Source of the DNA: Vitrella brassicaformis CCMP3155
Lineage: Eukaryota; Protista; Chromerida
NCBI GenBank assembly: GCA_001179505.1
Contig: CDMY01000562.1
Location: 124,001-188,000 of the forward strand
Length of the DNA: 64,000 nucleotides
Direction of reading: 5' to 3'
In this document: positions 49,274 through 63,200 of the stretch, piece by piece
Layout: the number at the start of each line of letters is the position of its first letter
How positions within the stretch are numbered: position 1 is the first letter of the stretch
The notes under the pieces: model-generated
Databases searched by the model: none
Seen by the model: only the letters and a program-made list of their open reading frames with translations
Told to the model about the DNA's origin: nothing
Translations under genes and position numbers: made by a program

Positions 49274-50180
49274 CGGAAGCACGTGGAGCGAGTTTTTCCA
49301 TTCCACCTGCTGCCCTGCATGAACCGAATCGAATCGATGAGCCGATCTGAATGTATAAAGAACGTTTGGCTTGACGAGTTTTTCATGCCATCCATCCATC
49401 ATGCGTCGTGTTGGTGTGTGGTGCATGTGTGTGTGTGTGTGTGTGTGTGTGCCCGGCTAGGCTACCTGGTGTCGAGAAGAGACACAAACAGCCGTGTACG
49501 CTGTGTGGCTGGGAAAGAGGGAAGGGAGTTGTATGGGGTGGGTGAGCTTCTGGAGCGGAGGGACTGTCTGTCTGTGGGGTGTGCGTGTGCGTGGGATCAG
49601 CCAGCCATCGATCCCTTCACTCACTCATACGCCTGGCTGCCTCACCCACCTGGCTGTGATTGACGTGACGCGTGCAGCTAGAAGTCTTTGTGTCGGTCAT
49701 CCATCAGTCAATCGGCAAATCGGCAACTGCCTACCTACCTGCTTGCTTCACACACACGGAAAAGATTGTTACACTCACTCATTCACTTACTCTCCTCGTA
49801 ATTGTGAGAGGAAAGGTGCCTCTCGACTGACTGGAACGATTGACTGACATGGGCGCTGCCTGCCTGCCTGCCTGCCTGCCTGTGGATCGATCAGCATTGC
49901 AAGCATCAGTCAGTCACGGCAAGGCGATGCATGGTCTGTCTATCTACGAGTGTATGGCTGTGGTTTGAGAGAGAGCGGGGGAGGAGCCGACTGACCTGGC
50001 CTAGCTGCTCACGTGCGTCTGCTTGCGTGTTGACAGGTGACTTGAAGATTGCAATGATATGCAGTTGTGTGCATCTGTGTGTGTGACTGAGTGACAGCGC
50101 GGCGTGAGCCATTTCGTGAAGCTCATCACTGTGGGGCGGTGGGTAGCTTGTCGATTGGTACGGACACATGCCTATTGCGT

Positions 50181-52133
50181 ATGCCTACAGACGTGGTTTC
50201 CTCAACGCGCGTACCATCGTGGAACGGGGCCCTGGAAAACCAGAACCAGCGGCAGATTGCTGCATCTCTTGACGAACCATTCCCCTCCCCGACAAGCAGA
50301 ATGGGACGGCTGCGTGACAGCAGTGACAGCTATGCGGTGCGGATTTTGCTGTGCGAGGTCGCCAACACGGTGCTGGACGAGGGCCTCCGCGAGTGTCTGG
50401 CAGAGATCCTCCCGCAGTCGGAAATTGACCAGATCTACAGGTCGGTCGCAGAAAGAGCCGGAGATGAACCACACACGCCAAAGAAAGAAGCACCAATCTA
50501 TCCATCGCCTGATCTGATTGAATGCGCTTCTCTGTCTGCTCTCTATTGATTGTCCTATGGATCCCTCTTCGTCCAGGTTTCGGTTTGATGCCGACAGGAG
50601 GATGGCGCTGGCCAGCCGAGTGCTGGCGCGGCACGTCATAGCCGACGAGGGAGGCTCCGACACCGACATGCTCGCCATCGACATCGAGCGCTCCAAGAAG
50701 GCTGGCAACAGACCCATCTGGGTGGGGTGGGGTGGGCCTGCACTGCACATCGGTAGCTGGACAGGCAGCATTCATTGCGCGTGGTCTGTCTGTGTACGTC
50801 TGTGTGTGCAGAAGCCCTCATCGCCCAAGGACCGATTCATCCACTTCAATGTGTCGGTAAGTCAAGTCAGCCAGCACACACTGGCATATATGACAGCTGA
50901 TCGTGTGTGGTGTGTGAGATACCAATAGAAATGTGTGCGTGTGTGTTTGTTCAGCACGACAAGGACGTGGTGGTGTTGGCGGCCTCTCGCCAGCTGGTGG
51001 GCATTGACGTTATGAGAATCGCTACGACAAAAGAAGAGTACGTCAGGGAGGGAGGGAGGGATGGCACACCAACCTGTTGATGCCAGTGCCATGAAATGCA
51101 TTCAGTCGTCCCCTCCGGGACTTCTTCGACAGTCTTCGCGGCTCTTTCAGCGCTCTCGAATGGTGCGCCAGCACTATGCCAAAAGTAGGTGCTTTCATGT
51201 GCAGTGTGTCTTGTTAATATGTAGGCGTTACATCACGCAGCCGGCTGGCGAGCGGGACCAGCTGGAACGATTCATGGAGTGAGTGAGTGAGCTATAGAGG
51301 GGAGGGAGGGAGGGATGGATGTCCCTATTCTGTTCTGTCGCTGCATTTGATTGCGTATGTGTGTGTATGAGAATGTGTGTGCCTGCTGGTCGGTCCTTCC
51401 TTGCTGCAGGTTGTGGACGATGAAGGAGGCCTACGTCAAGGCCATCGCAACCGGTACAAATCAATACACGCGAAATCAGGTGTTCACCACACCACCGGTG
51501 TTTTGACGCGGTCTCTCTTCTCGCGAATGAATCACATCAGGTCTCTATGTCGAGCCGCTGCGTCTGGAGTGTGTGTCAGAGTGCAACGGCGCCAGTACCA
51601 GCAGCACATCAACGCCACCACAAGCGTCCTTTGCCCTCGGGCCCATGAAGGTCGATGGCAAACCACTCGCCGTAAGAAAGAAAAGGCCGGGCGTTTCCAT
51701 TCAGCGCTGCACTCACCATCAATCCATTCGTACCGTACGTGTGTGTGTGTGTGTGTGTGTGCGCCAGTCATTCTGTTTTCGCCACCTGCGGCAGCCCGAT
51801 GGGTACATGATCTGCCTCGCCATGGGGCCCCACAAGGCTGCACACGAGCTATACGGCAGCTTCATACCCAACGTCCGTCCGTGAGCAGACCTCATAGAGA
51901 GATCCCATCCCGCTGGTCTGGCTGCCAACTAACTACCGATGCTCTGCTGCTGTCAGGATGTGTTGACGTGTCCGTACGACCCGCCCGCGGCGCTGACCGA
52001 CGAGCAGGCAAGAGAAGGAGAGAGAGAGAGGGACCAGTCGTCGATTTGTGTATGGTATGGTATTCAGGTGTGGGTCGAGGCGGTTGACCTGACGGACCTC
52101 ATCAACCGCTACACCATACCTGGGGCATTCTAG
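50181..52133 (+). CDS. Sfp-type 4'-phosphopantetheinyl transferase (AASDHPPT-like)
   Basis: RFRFDADRRMALASRVL, GNRP, FNVS|HDKDVV, VGIDVM, FSALEW and LWTMKEAYVKAIATG. Confidence 0.9.
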
Positions 52134-52573
52134 CTAGTGTGGCAGGCACTGTCTATCGACCCACTCATCTATCTACTCTACCTGGCTGGCCCGCCGTCTG
52201 TCAGTCAGCACAACAAAGGCTGTGCTGTGCTGTGCCGACGTGGGGCGGTGCGGTGCGGTGCGGTGCGGTGTGATGCGATCGGCATTTGTTCTTTCGTGTC
52301 TGTCAAGGCGATGGGAAGAACGCATCAGCTCTGCACACACAATGTGAGCGTCAGGACGATCGGGTCTTATGTGTCATTCGGTGTGGGTGAGTACGTCATA
52401 CATGTCACACAGTCCAGTCAGTAAGGCAGGCCTACCAGCCCAGCCGCCAGTAGCATGTAGGCACATGTGACATGACTGCCGCAGACAGACAAAGGGCGCG
52501 GGAGGGAGGGATGGATGCATGGATGTCTGTGTACGCGCATGGCCGTGAGTGAGTGAGTGAGTGGGTCAGTCAG

Positions 52574-55500
52574 TCAGGCGATGCTCGAGTGCTGCAGGAT
52601 TTGCTGTATCATGCCGCCCCAGGCGGCATGCAGGGTGTTCTCCGCTGACTTGAGCTTCCTCAGCAGAGCCAGGCTGTCACACGCCTGCACACACACGCAC
52701 GCACGCACGCACACAGGGAGGCATGCTCGTATGTGAGACCGATGATCATCTGTTGATAGGGAGCCCTCTCTCTGCGTGACCTGTCTGTGAAATGTGGCCT
52801 TGAAAGCGTCGAATGCATCCCTTCTCGCCCTGCACACACCACACCGCATAAGGGGAGTTAAAGCAATGAATGCACTCTGCCAGATGAGATGGCGTGTTCA
52901 GTAATTACTTGAAGAGTCCCTTGTGCACCGGCGATCTGAACGACTCCACATCTGGCGACCTGTGAGGCAGGCAGACAGACAGACGCATGACATGGATGGC
53001 CTTGGCTCTGTGGGCGTCTGTGTCCTTTTTCTCCCTACATTCCCTCGAGAGGTCCCTCCCCCTCTTCCCCCTCTTCTTCTCCTTCCTGCTCTTCACCGTC
53101 CGCCCCCTCTGCCGCCTCGCCCTCCTCCCCCTCGTCATGCTGGCTCTCTTGTGTCTCACCCTCCCCACCAGGCCGGTACGAGTAGCCATCAGCCGACCAT
53201 TCCTCACCTAAATGGATCCATCCATCCAGCCATCCATCCATCCAGTCATGTGTGCATTGGGTGTTTCGCTGAGCTGACTGAGTTGCAGCGCGTCGAAGTC
53301 TTCGCCCTCCCAAGTGCGGGCTGGGAATGGCTGCGAAGGGTCGAGTGGCGGTCTGTCGATTGCGACGTCGTCCCTGAACCGCCGCTTGAGCGACTTGCGC
53401 GCCACGTCGATGTCCTCATCGCCTGGGAGGGGGCTGAAGTGAATGAAGTGAGGCAGCGCGTCGACCAACGCCACGGACGCCTGCCAAACAGCACAGCACA
53501 GCACAGCGAAGACACAAATGGCCACACCGGACTCTTCCGTCCGTCAAAGTGTATACCTCAAAGTGCGCTGTGCACGAGGCGGCAAAGTCTTTGGCGACCT
53601 TGACTAGCACTCGCCGTATCCTCCCGTGCGCACGCTGCAACGCCTGAGACACACACACACACACACACACAGGTGAGAGGGAGACACAGGCAGACAGACA
53701 CCCACACTCGCGTCGCTTACGGTGCGGGTCTTCTTCTCCCGCGCTCTCTCCGACTCACATAGCGCTCTGACCGACCATGTCAGCCACCACGCCACCACAC
53801 ATACACACAGACATGGGAGAAAAGGCGTTTGTTTGTTTGTTTGGTTATTGTTTACTTGACTTGGGCGGCGCAGTTGGGGTTGGCCAGCCCGGGGGTGAGT
53901 TGCTTCTCGTTGGCCTCTCGCTGCCGCTTGGACTCGCCCATCGCCAGTCGCAGCTCGTCCTCGGCCGCACCTACCTCACTCCTACATGAGAGAGGAGCCA
54001 ATGGATTGATGTCTGTCTGTCAGTCTGCGTGGCTTGGCGGCTGACCTGAGGCGGTTTGTGTATCGCTGGCGCAGGTCAGCGAAGATGTTGGCGCCCAAGT
54101 GGGGCAGCACTGACTCGAGCAGCACCACACACAGCTGCCGCAGGGAAAGGCAAAACTGAAGCCAACACACACGACACGACAGAGACATGAAAGATACGAG
54201 ACGCCGTCTCCGGGGGTGCGGTGCATCCACGTGACGTGCCTCGGTGTGCGACTCGTGTGCGGATGCCTTCATCGTCTCGAGGAACCTGGTCATGAAGTCC
54301 GGCACGCTGCCGCCATAGTTGCCCCTGGCCTCAGCCCCAATCTTGTCCACTGTCGGGTTGAACGGCTGTCCCTCCCTCCTCACCCCGCCCAGCAGCCGCC
54401 AGAGACACCCCTCACACAACGCGCCTTCGTGCTCATCATCCCCCTCGGACGGCTGCACGCGAGTCTCCTCGAGCATTGCCGTCAGCGGCTGCTCGACTGG
54501 TGGGTACATGGCCGCGGCCTTGTCGGTGAGGCACTCGAGCTTGGCGCACATGGTGCGGACGCTCAGCACCAGCACGCCTAATGCGCTTCTGCCCTCCATC
54601 GCCACAGCCGTGTGGTTGGCACGGCCGGATGCCGCCGCGGGGATCTCGGCGAGGTGGGGTGCGAGGGTGAGTTCGGCCGGCACGTTGGTGTGAGGGCTGA
54701 GAAGGGGGTGGTCTGGCTCTGCTGGTGCGAGGGTGCCGGTGGTGCTTGTGTTGCTGCCGATGAGGCGGAAGAGGTACACCAAGAACAGCTGCATCTGTTT
54801 GATGGCGCTGGCGTAGAGGGACGTCATGCTCCGCAACTGCTCCTGCGCCCGCCTCCGGGGCCCGCCGTGCTTCCTCCCGAGCCCCTCCCTCTCACAGAGA
54901 CTCTCTATGGCGTCAGCACACGCCTGCTCGAACTCTTGCAGCGGTTCGGTCTGGCACAGTTCAGCTTCTTCGGTCAGTTTGTCGATCATGTCTGTCTGCG
55001 CCTGCTGCTTCTCGTCGAGGATGGCGTCGAGGGCGGCGGTTTCCTTGCGATAGAAATCCATTTCGAGGGCGCTGTAGGACTCGATCGTCGCGCATGTGGA
55101 GAGGTACTCGGTGTTGAGGCCCTTCAGGTAGCTGATGCCGCTGGTGCTCAAGGTCTTCAGCTCCTGCCAAGTTGCGAAGATGAAGACACGCGAGACCTGG
55201 CATGTGTCTCTTGGCCTACCCACCTTGATGAATGTGCGGCACTGGTCACACAGCTTGCCGTGGGCCTCCTTGACGTTCCTCTGACACCGCACATAGGAGA
55301 CTTGGCAATGAAGCTGGTCTGTCTGTCTGTCTGTCTGGGTGTCTGTTTGTCTGTCTGTCAGTCCCTCTTTCTCACTTGGAAGGCGCTGTAGGCGGCGAGA
55401 CTCTTGCCGTTGGGCAGCTTGGCCGACTCTTTTTCCACAACCTTCTTAAATGTCTCCTGAGCGTGCAGCAACCCCTCCTGACAGACACAGACATACACCA

Positions 55501-58500
55501 CACCCACAGCCCACACGCCATCCATCAGACGTACCATTCCCGCACACACGCACATACACACACATCCAGAGGATCGCCCACGTCACGTGCCTGTGCGTTC
55601 TTGAAGTCGGCTTCTTGTTTCTCGCTTTTCTGCAGCAACGACAGCAGGTGCCTCTCCCATTTCTGGCGGTGCTGCTGCAGCTCTGCCAGTCGAGGCCGTT
55701 CCACTTCCACCTTGACCCGGCCCTTTCGGCTCTCGTGTCGCCTCAGCCGCTCGTCGAGCTGTCGGGCCGCCTCCTCCTCGGCCACCCGCAAAGTGCTGTC
55801 GGCACAGTCCTTGCTCATCCGCGACCGATCCTCAAACAGAGCGAACAGCACGTCACGGCAATGGGCCACCTTCTCCAGCAGCCATCCCTGGTCGACGCGC
55901 AGCTCGAATACCAACATCTTGTCAGCGTCTTCGCCGTGCTCGTCTCGCAGCATGGTCCTCGGGTCGACGACTGCCTCTGCAGGCTTCTCTTCTTCCTCCT
56001 CTGCTGCTGCAGCAGGTGGCTCCTCAACTGCCTTCTTGTCCGTCTTGCCAGGACTGGCAGGTTTTGCAGGTGGGGCGGCTTTGCCCTTGAGAGCTAAGGG
56101 CGGGGGCGGGGGCGGGGGCGGGGGCGGCTCCTCTTCATTCTCCTCTTCCTGCTGCTCTTCTCTCGGCGGCGGCTCAGAAAAGGTGAAGCGCTCGGCTATG
56201 TCCGCAAGAGTCGACTCACAAACGAAGTCGAGACCGCCTGATCCACAATAGACAGTCAAGGCAGGGATAAGGCAGAGAGAGAGAGAGAGAGAGACATGAA
56301 GTCGGCTTGGGGCGAGCATGCTTTGTGGTTTGTGCGTGTCTCACTGGGTGCCTTCCATTGCGGTTTGGTTGGCTCAGGGGGCGGGGGAGGAGGAGGAGAC
56401 TCCACTGGCTTGGCTTTGTCCTTCTTGCCTTTCTTGTCAGGTGCCGGTGCTGCCTTAGGAGCTGCTGTCTCAGCGGGCGGGGCGGCGGCAGACTCCTCGT
56501 CCTGTCATCTCATCCAAAGCATCTGTTTTGTTTCCTTCTAGATGTACAAGACTGTGTCTCTTTCGGTGTGCCATGTGTGCTGCCTGCCTTCACCCCTACC
56601 TTCTTCTCCTGGTCCATCCGCCACTGCTTGAGAGTGATCATGTCAAAGACATGGCCCATCTTGCTCTGGTGGCCGTAGAATAGTGCCTCGAGCTTAGGGG
56701 TGAAGTCGGCGTGGATCTTGCAGAGGAGGGCGGCATGGTCGCGATAGGCCTGCTCGAGATCGTCCAGGGCAGCAAAGGAGGTGTCCACCAGGGCCTGCAG
56801 GCTCTCCTCGTCCGACGCCGACTTGATACTCCTGCGTGGCATGCAGAAGGAGAAAATGACGTACCCATTCGCTCATGGTCCCACAGCTGCAGTACCTGTT
56901 GATGTCGCTGAGGTGTTCCTCCCTGCTGGTGCAGTCATTCTGGTGTTCGATTTTGGTGTTTTCGATCCACCCCTGCTGGTCCTCCTCGGCGAGCCGCAAC
57001 TCGTACTTCCACACGCGGTTGCGGTCCTCCACCTGCTGCAGGAATTTGACAAGCCGAAGGCAGGTACGGTGTTGCTCCTCGTCCATCTCCTGCAAACAAG
57101 ACAAGACAAGACAAGACAATGGCTGAAAAAGGGGGAGAGAGAGAGAGAGAGAGAGAAGGATCGCACGCACCTGCACCCAGGCGGATGCACACTGCGCCAT
57201 GGTGGAGTTATTGTCGAGGTGTTTCTGGGCGTGTGGTCTGATCTTGGCGTCGACGAGGCCCTTGAGGTCTTCGAAGCCGCCCCAAGCGCTGCGGGCATCG
57301 TACTCGGCCAACTCGACGCACAACTCGTCTGCACCCACCCATCCATCCATCCATCCCTGTATGTGACATGGGTGCCACCCCGACAGCCTCAATGACTAAC
57401 CCAGGATGGTGTCGGCGAGGTGTGTGGTCTGCTGCTGCACCTGCCGGAAGCAGTCAAACAGCTTGTCATACTCCTCCTGCGTGACGTCGTTGACGCTGTT
57501 CAGCTCATCCTCGACACGTTTCAGCTGGCCGCTCTCCCACTTGTCCAGAGGCACGGCGAAGATCGAGCTGACCAGGGCCATGCGCTGCCGGTACACGCCG
57601 TCCTGTTTGGTTCGGAGGGCGTCGAATGCGTCCATAAGTGCGGGGGGCCGCCTGAGCTCGTGGCCCTGGTTGATGCGGGCCAGCGTGCGGCGAAGGGCGT
57701 AGCGGTGCCTGGAGAGACACAGACACACACACATTGGATGCGGTTTGCCTTCTGTGTGTGCGTATCTGTCTATGCGTCCTCTACCGCTGTTCCCTCCAAC
57801 GTGCTAGGGCGCTATGCCACCTCTCCTTGCCCCGCTTGAGCTTCTCAATCCCGCTCAGCTTGAGCTTGGCACTCAGCTCGGCGAAGGCCTTCTTGTTCTC
57901 CAGCACGTTCACGTTCGTCTCGATGCAGTAGTCCTCGACCAGCCGCTCCACCTCTCCCTTAGGCACGTATGCGATGCTCATGAGCTTCTCCGACAGTGCC
58001 TTGAGCAGCGCCTCGTTGGTGTCCCGTCGCTTGCCCTCGAGCGTCTCCAGCTCAGCAGCAAAAGTCTGCACCCTCTGCTGGTATTTGCTGCCCCAAGCGT
58101 CCACCTCCACCAGCACCCCATCGATGTCGTGCCGCGTCATGTGGCCGAGGGTGTCCTCGCCTTCCGAACCAAACATGGGGTCACGGGAGGGGTCCACACT
58201 CGCCTCATCCCCCTCTCCCCCATCCTCTCTCCCACCCTCGCCCCGGTCTCGTTGCTCCTGCGTCTCTTTCTCCTGTTCTGCGGCTTTATCGGCGTCTCTC
58301 TCAATGATGCTTCTCTTGGGAAGTGTGGGCGCCTGCTCCAGAGGCCGCAGGAGAGCTTCCAGGAACTCCTCCAGCTTGGTGATGTCCTTCTGCATCCCCT
58401 GTGTGGCTGACTTGATGCCTTTCTCGAGTGTCTCCTCCACAGCGAAGTTCTCATCGTCATACAGGGCGAGGCTCTGGTCGTGCCGCGCCTTGAGCCGCTC

Positions 58501-58977
58501 CATCAGCCCCTTGACTCGGCCACCCGACCCGCCCACACCGCCTTCTTGAAGTTGAGGAGCCGTCAGTGTGGCCACTTTCTGCCTCGCCAGCCGCCGTTCG
58601 GCCTCTGCTGCACGGACCCTCTCAGATGCACCGGCGGGCAGAGAAGCACGCCGCTCTCTCTTCGGGCTCGGTGGCTTCGTGGCCTTCTTTTCATCGTCGA
58701 CTTGCTCATCGTCAGAGGCCGCCTTGATCGAAGAGCGCTTGGCCCTCGCTTGTTTGACCTTTTTGTGGGCGTGGATGGCCTCTGCCAGCTTGAAGGTGTC
58801 CCGTAGGGCGGCCGCAAAGCTACTCGGCATCGTGTTTCCCGGCGCGGTGAGCTCCTTCTGCTTGGTGAGGCCCAGCAGGTCCTTGTCGAGGGTTTGGTCA
58901 TTGCATTCGGTGCGTTGGTGATCCTGGAGGTTCAGGTTGGCCCTCAGATGCGCCACTGTCGCCATGCCGCTTGCCAT
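52574..58977 (-). CDS. CCDC180: Large coiled-coil flagellar protein, CCDC180-like (DUF4455/DUF4456 type)
   Basis: LMSIAYVPKGEVERLVEDYCIETNVNVLENKKAFAEL...ERWHSALARWRE|QRHRYAL, a Pro/Glu-rich middle, and KHGGPRRRAQEQLRS in the C-terminal region. Long multi-exon helical ORFs. Confidence 0.7.
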
Positions 58978-59074
58978 AATAATGCAAAAGGCAAGCTAAG
59001 CTCGCGCCTGGAGTCTCTCGGCCCGGAAACCAAACAGGCCGCAAGGGAAGGTCTTTTCTCCGAGGGTTGCTCCT

Positions 59075-60243
59075 CTAGGAGTGCTTTTGACGAAAGATAA
59101 AGTCACTTACATAGTTTGCGATGCGTCCATCGATCCATCCGTCCATCGCATACGACACACAGCACCGCCCATAAGCTCTAAACCTACCCTCGCTCCCTCC
59201 AGTCGACGAAATCACCATGGTGCACTGCAGGAACCCGGGGTTGTGGCCAACCAATCGGTCGCAAAATCCCACCAAATCATGGTACAGGCCTGCCTGCCGA
59301 CAACTAACACATACAATACATGGCTCCCTCCCTCCCTCCCTCTCTCCCCCTCTCTCTCTCTCCAAGACTCACAGAATCTCCACTTCTGGTTCATCCTCGG
59401 CCTCTCCCCCATAGCCGTCGCCCGCCCCACCCGCACCCACACCGCCCACGAAGCCCGGGAAGCCGCCGCGGGCCAGCCGCTGCTGACACGCCTGACGGAC
59501 GTCATCTGGCAGGTGTGTGATGATCTGCCGGGCCGCACGCTGGCCGCTCAGGTACGCCCCTGTCAGCAGGCCGCCGTCCCACGTCGCCTCGCCTGCACAC
59601 GAGAGGAGAGAGGAGGGAGGAGAGTGTGTGGGTGTGTCGGACTTGCAAGTCAGTGACCTGACTGACCTGCGAATACGAGGTGGCCGTCATATTCTGGGGC
59701 CGCGAGATCGGGGGCGTAGCATGTCGATGCATCCTGACCGACCCACCACACAAGGACAGACAGACAGACAGACAGACAGACAGAGGAGCACACCAAAGGC
59801 AGGTGCGACCGACGGCCTCATCGAGATGCGTGTGGATGGTAGGCCCTGTGTGTGGAGGTGAGGTGGGGTGAAGGTTGTGTAGGGTGCCCACCGGTGTGTG
59901 GTAGACCTGTCCGCCGAGTGTCTCAGGGTCGTTGTCCCAGTGCATCACTCTGGCGTCAAGCAGCGGAGGCAACACATGCAGATTCCCACCCTGTCATGAC
60001 AGACATGACACACAGACAGACAGACAAAGAAACAAACCGATGGACCAACACACCACACCACAGCCGTACAAGACCTGCCTGCGGGGGTATGGTATTTGCC
60101 TGTGAGCATTTGCCTGTCTGCCTGTCTGTCTGTCTGGCCGGCGCCCTCTCACCCACGCCGCGCGACGCACCTGTGTGTGTTTGATGTGGTGGAACATCCC
60201 CTCGAGCACTCTCAGCACCTCTGGCAGCACCTGACATGGCAGA

Positions 60244-60274
<31 letters not shown>

Positions 60275-63200
60275 GGGCAGCGAGGCCGACCACATCATCT
60301 TGTGACTATGGATGGATGGATGGATGGATCCACTGAGTGGAGCAGGGCCGGCGACCCACCTCATGATCGCTCAGGCCGGCCCACTGGTTGCACAGCGGGG
60401 GGTGCACATGCGCACACACCACACCAGTCTTCCCTGTCACACACACACACACACACACACTCGAGCAAGAAGTCCCCCCAACAAGCGCGGCCGGCCAACC
60501 ATATGCGTGCAGATTGAGGAACTGCATGGGCATGTCATGGCTCTGCTGCTGCTGCTGCTGCTGGTGCTGCTGCTGCTGGTGCTGCTGCTGCTGCTGGTGG
60601 TGGTTGGTGGACATGTGTCTGTGGGTAGCGCCCCAGTTGGGGGCATGGCCGTATCGCTCCCAGAGGGGGTGGATGCACCCGTCGGCCGGCGAGTGGATGG
60701 CGAACCGCATCACCACCCTCGTGTGGGAGCCCCAGCACATCTTGCTGATGGCATCGCGCTTCAGCCACGACAGGGCAGGGGAAAACACCGGCACACTGAA
60801 TGACACACACAGGAACACCATAACAGCCATTCTATTTGTATTTGTGTGCGTGGGGGTGCACTCTGTCTGTGCCGACCCGACGGACCGTTTGCTGAGGTGT
60901 GGCGACTGGTTGATGTGTCCCTGGTTGGGGTGGCAGCCGTGGGCGGCCTTGAGCACACCCAGAGGAAAGGTGCACACCACATAGCGAGCCCGCCACTCCT
61001 ACACACACACACACACAAATACACACACACACACACACACACATACAGACAGATCAGATCCCATCACACACATGACATGGCCACCGATTTGCCCACCGAC
61101 CTTTTTGCAGTCTCTCGAGTCGTTAGTGAGTGTGACGATGACTCCGCCCGAGCCCCGGCTGTCGTGTTCGATGCCCCTGACGGCGCTGCCATACCTCACA
61201 CACCTGGTGAGCCACCCATTGTGGCTCCGCAGCAGCGGCTCGATCGCCAGCCGACCGCACCCATTCACCAGCAGCCAGTCGCGACGCTCCTGCAGTTCCC
61301 CTGCCTCAAGCACCCGCACGTGTGTGTCTGCGGCCGCCATCTGCCTGAAGGCCTCGTGGCCCGTCTGCTGCAGCTCGAAGGCGTGGGCCTTGACGACCTC
61401 ATCGCGGCTGGACGTGAGCAGGAGGTCGCTGCTCCAGGAAGTGCCGCGCAGCATCTCGGCGAGCTGCCAGGTGCGGTGATCCTCCTGCTCAGGAGTGAGG
61501 AGGCGCCCCCATCTGAACGTGGGCTGCTCCTGCTGCTGCTGTCCTTGTGGCTGGAGGAAGTCCATTGGGTGTGGGGCCGCGACGGGTATATCCCTCATGG
61601 AGCAGAGGGAGCCGTACTTGCGGGTGATGAGACGCTCGAGGACGGGCGTGTCGCGCCCCGCGTCCCAGTACAGGCCGCTCCGGCGGATGGCCCGGTCCTT
61701 GAGATACTTGACGGCGGCCTCGAGGTCGGTCAAGCCCTGCAGGGGCTGGACGACGTCCTCCCAGCTGACGGTGGGGGGGTTCATGACCACGGTGGCAGGG
61801 GGGACGTGGGGCAGAGAGGCCATGAAGGCCTGCACCAGTTGCTCGATCTCGTCGGCGTGCTCGATCCACTTGAGCGTCTCGTGCCACCTGGTGGTGTAGC
61901 CGCCCAGAGTGTACTTCTGGGAGAGGTCGTAGAGGGCCAGCTTCTCCCAGGGGGCGGGCTCCTGCTGCATGTGGCTGCACCGGTGCCAAGGGTTGCCCTG
62001 CACCAGTGCGGCCGCCCTGAGCTCCTCGTCCAGCAGCCGGAGCACGAGGCTGCACTTGGCCACCCGATTCTGGTCAAGCGTCACCTCCTTGCCGCCCTGC
62101 CGCCGCGTGTCGAAGTACATGGCCACCTCTGCTGAGTCCGCAAAACCAGACGGCCCCGTCACCCACCCCAGCGGCTGCCTCTGCTGCACGGCCGCCGCCA
62201 GCAGGGGGTTGGGTGAGGGGTTGGTGTCGTCGGCCTGTGGGGATGGGAGGAGTGGCCCCTGGACGTACTGGGCGCCGAGGTCGACCTGGACGGGGGCGGA
62301 GAAGAATGCAGGGTCTCTGAGCTGTGCGGACCTGATGCGGCCGCCGGCCTCGCCCCGCGCCTCCAGGATGCCCACCGTGAGGCCGTGCGTCAGCAGCTCG
62401 CGCGCGGCCACCAACCCTGATAATCAACCATTCAGGAAATACAGAGGCCGAGTGTGGGTGTGTCGCTCTACCCGCCCCCACCCCCCCACCCGCCCGAGCC
62501 AGCGCACCTGCACATCCCGCCCCGATGACGATGGCATCCAGGTCGAAGTTGCCGGCTCCCGCACGCCTCTCGGCGGCCACAGCGGCTGTGCCGCCCGCAT
62601 GGCTCTCATCCGTGCGCTGTGCCCTCTCCTGCTGCTGCTTCAGGCGGCAGATGGTCCCAGCCGTGTGGAGGTGCAGCGTCTCGTCGGTGAGCCCGGCGGG
62701 GTCGAGTAATTCCGGTCGGAATGCAATCCGGGTGGCGTCACGGAGGCCGTGGATGCGCACGGCTTCGAGGTCGTGTCGCGCCTGGGCCTCCTGGATATCG
62801 GTGTAGGGGCCGTAGACGAACTCGTAGCCGTTGCAGACCAGGCGGGCGAAGTACTCGCGCCGCACATTGATGGTGATGCGCCAACCTGACAGACAGACAA
62901 GCAGCAAGACGTGACATATATGTGGTTGGTGGTGGTGGGCCGGGCCGTGCTGTGCTGTGCTGTGCCGTGATAGGTCTGCTGGCTGACCTTGTTCAGCGGG
63001 CACCTGTCGCGAGACGATCCCCTGCTCCTCCAGAAAACGACACAGCTCCTCTGGCAGACAGCAGACACCCAAAACGACAGACACCAAGACACGTCCAGCT
63101 GCCCTGCCCACACATGTCCCCCATCCCCTCGCATGCTTGCCCACCGGCAGGCCCAGGCCCAGGTCCTTGACCCATCGCCACCGCAAACTGCGGAGGGGGC

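Noticed and set aside
47930-50090. Possible small minus-strand multi-exon gene in the FBXO21-PPTase interval
   Set aside because: There are scattered exon-like snippets and splice-like sites, but no consistent reading frame or recognisable motif.
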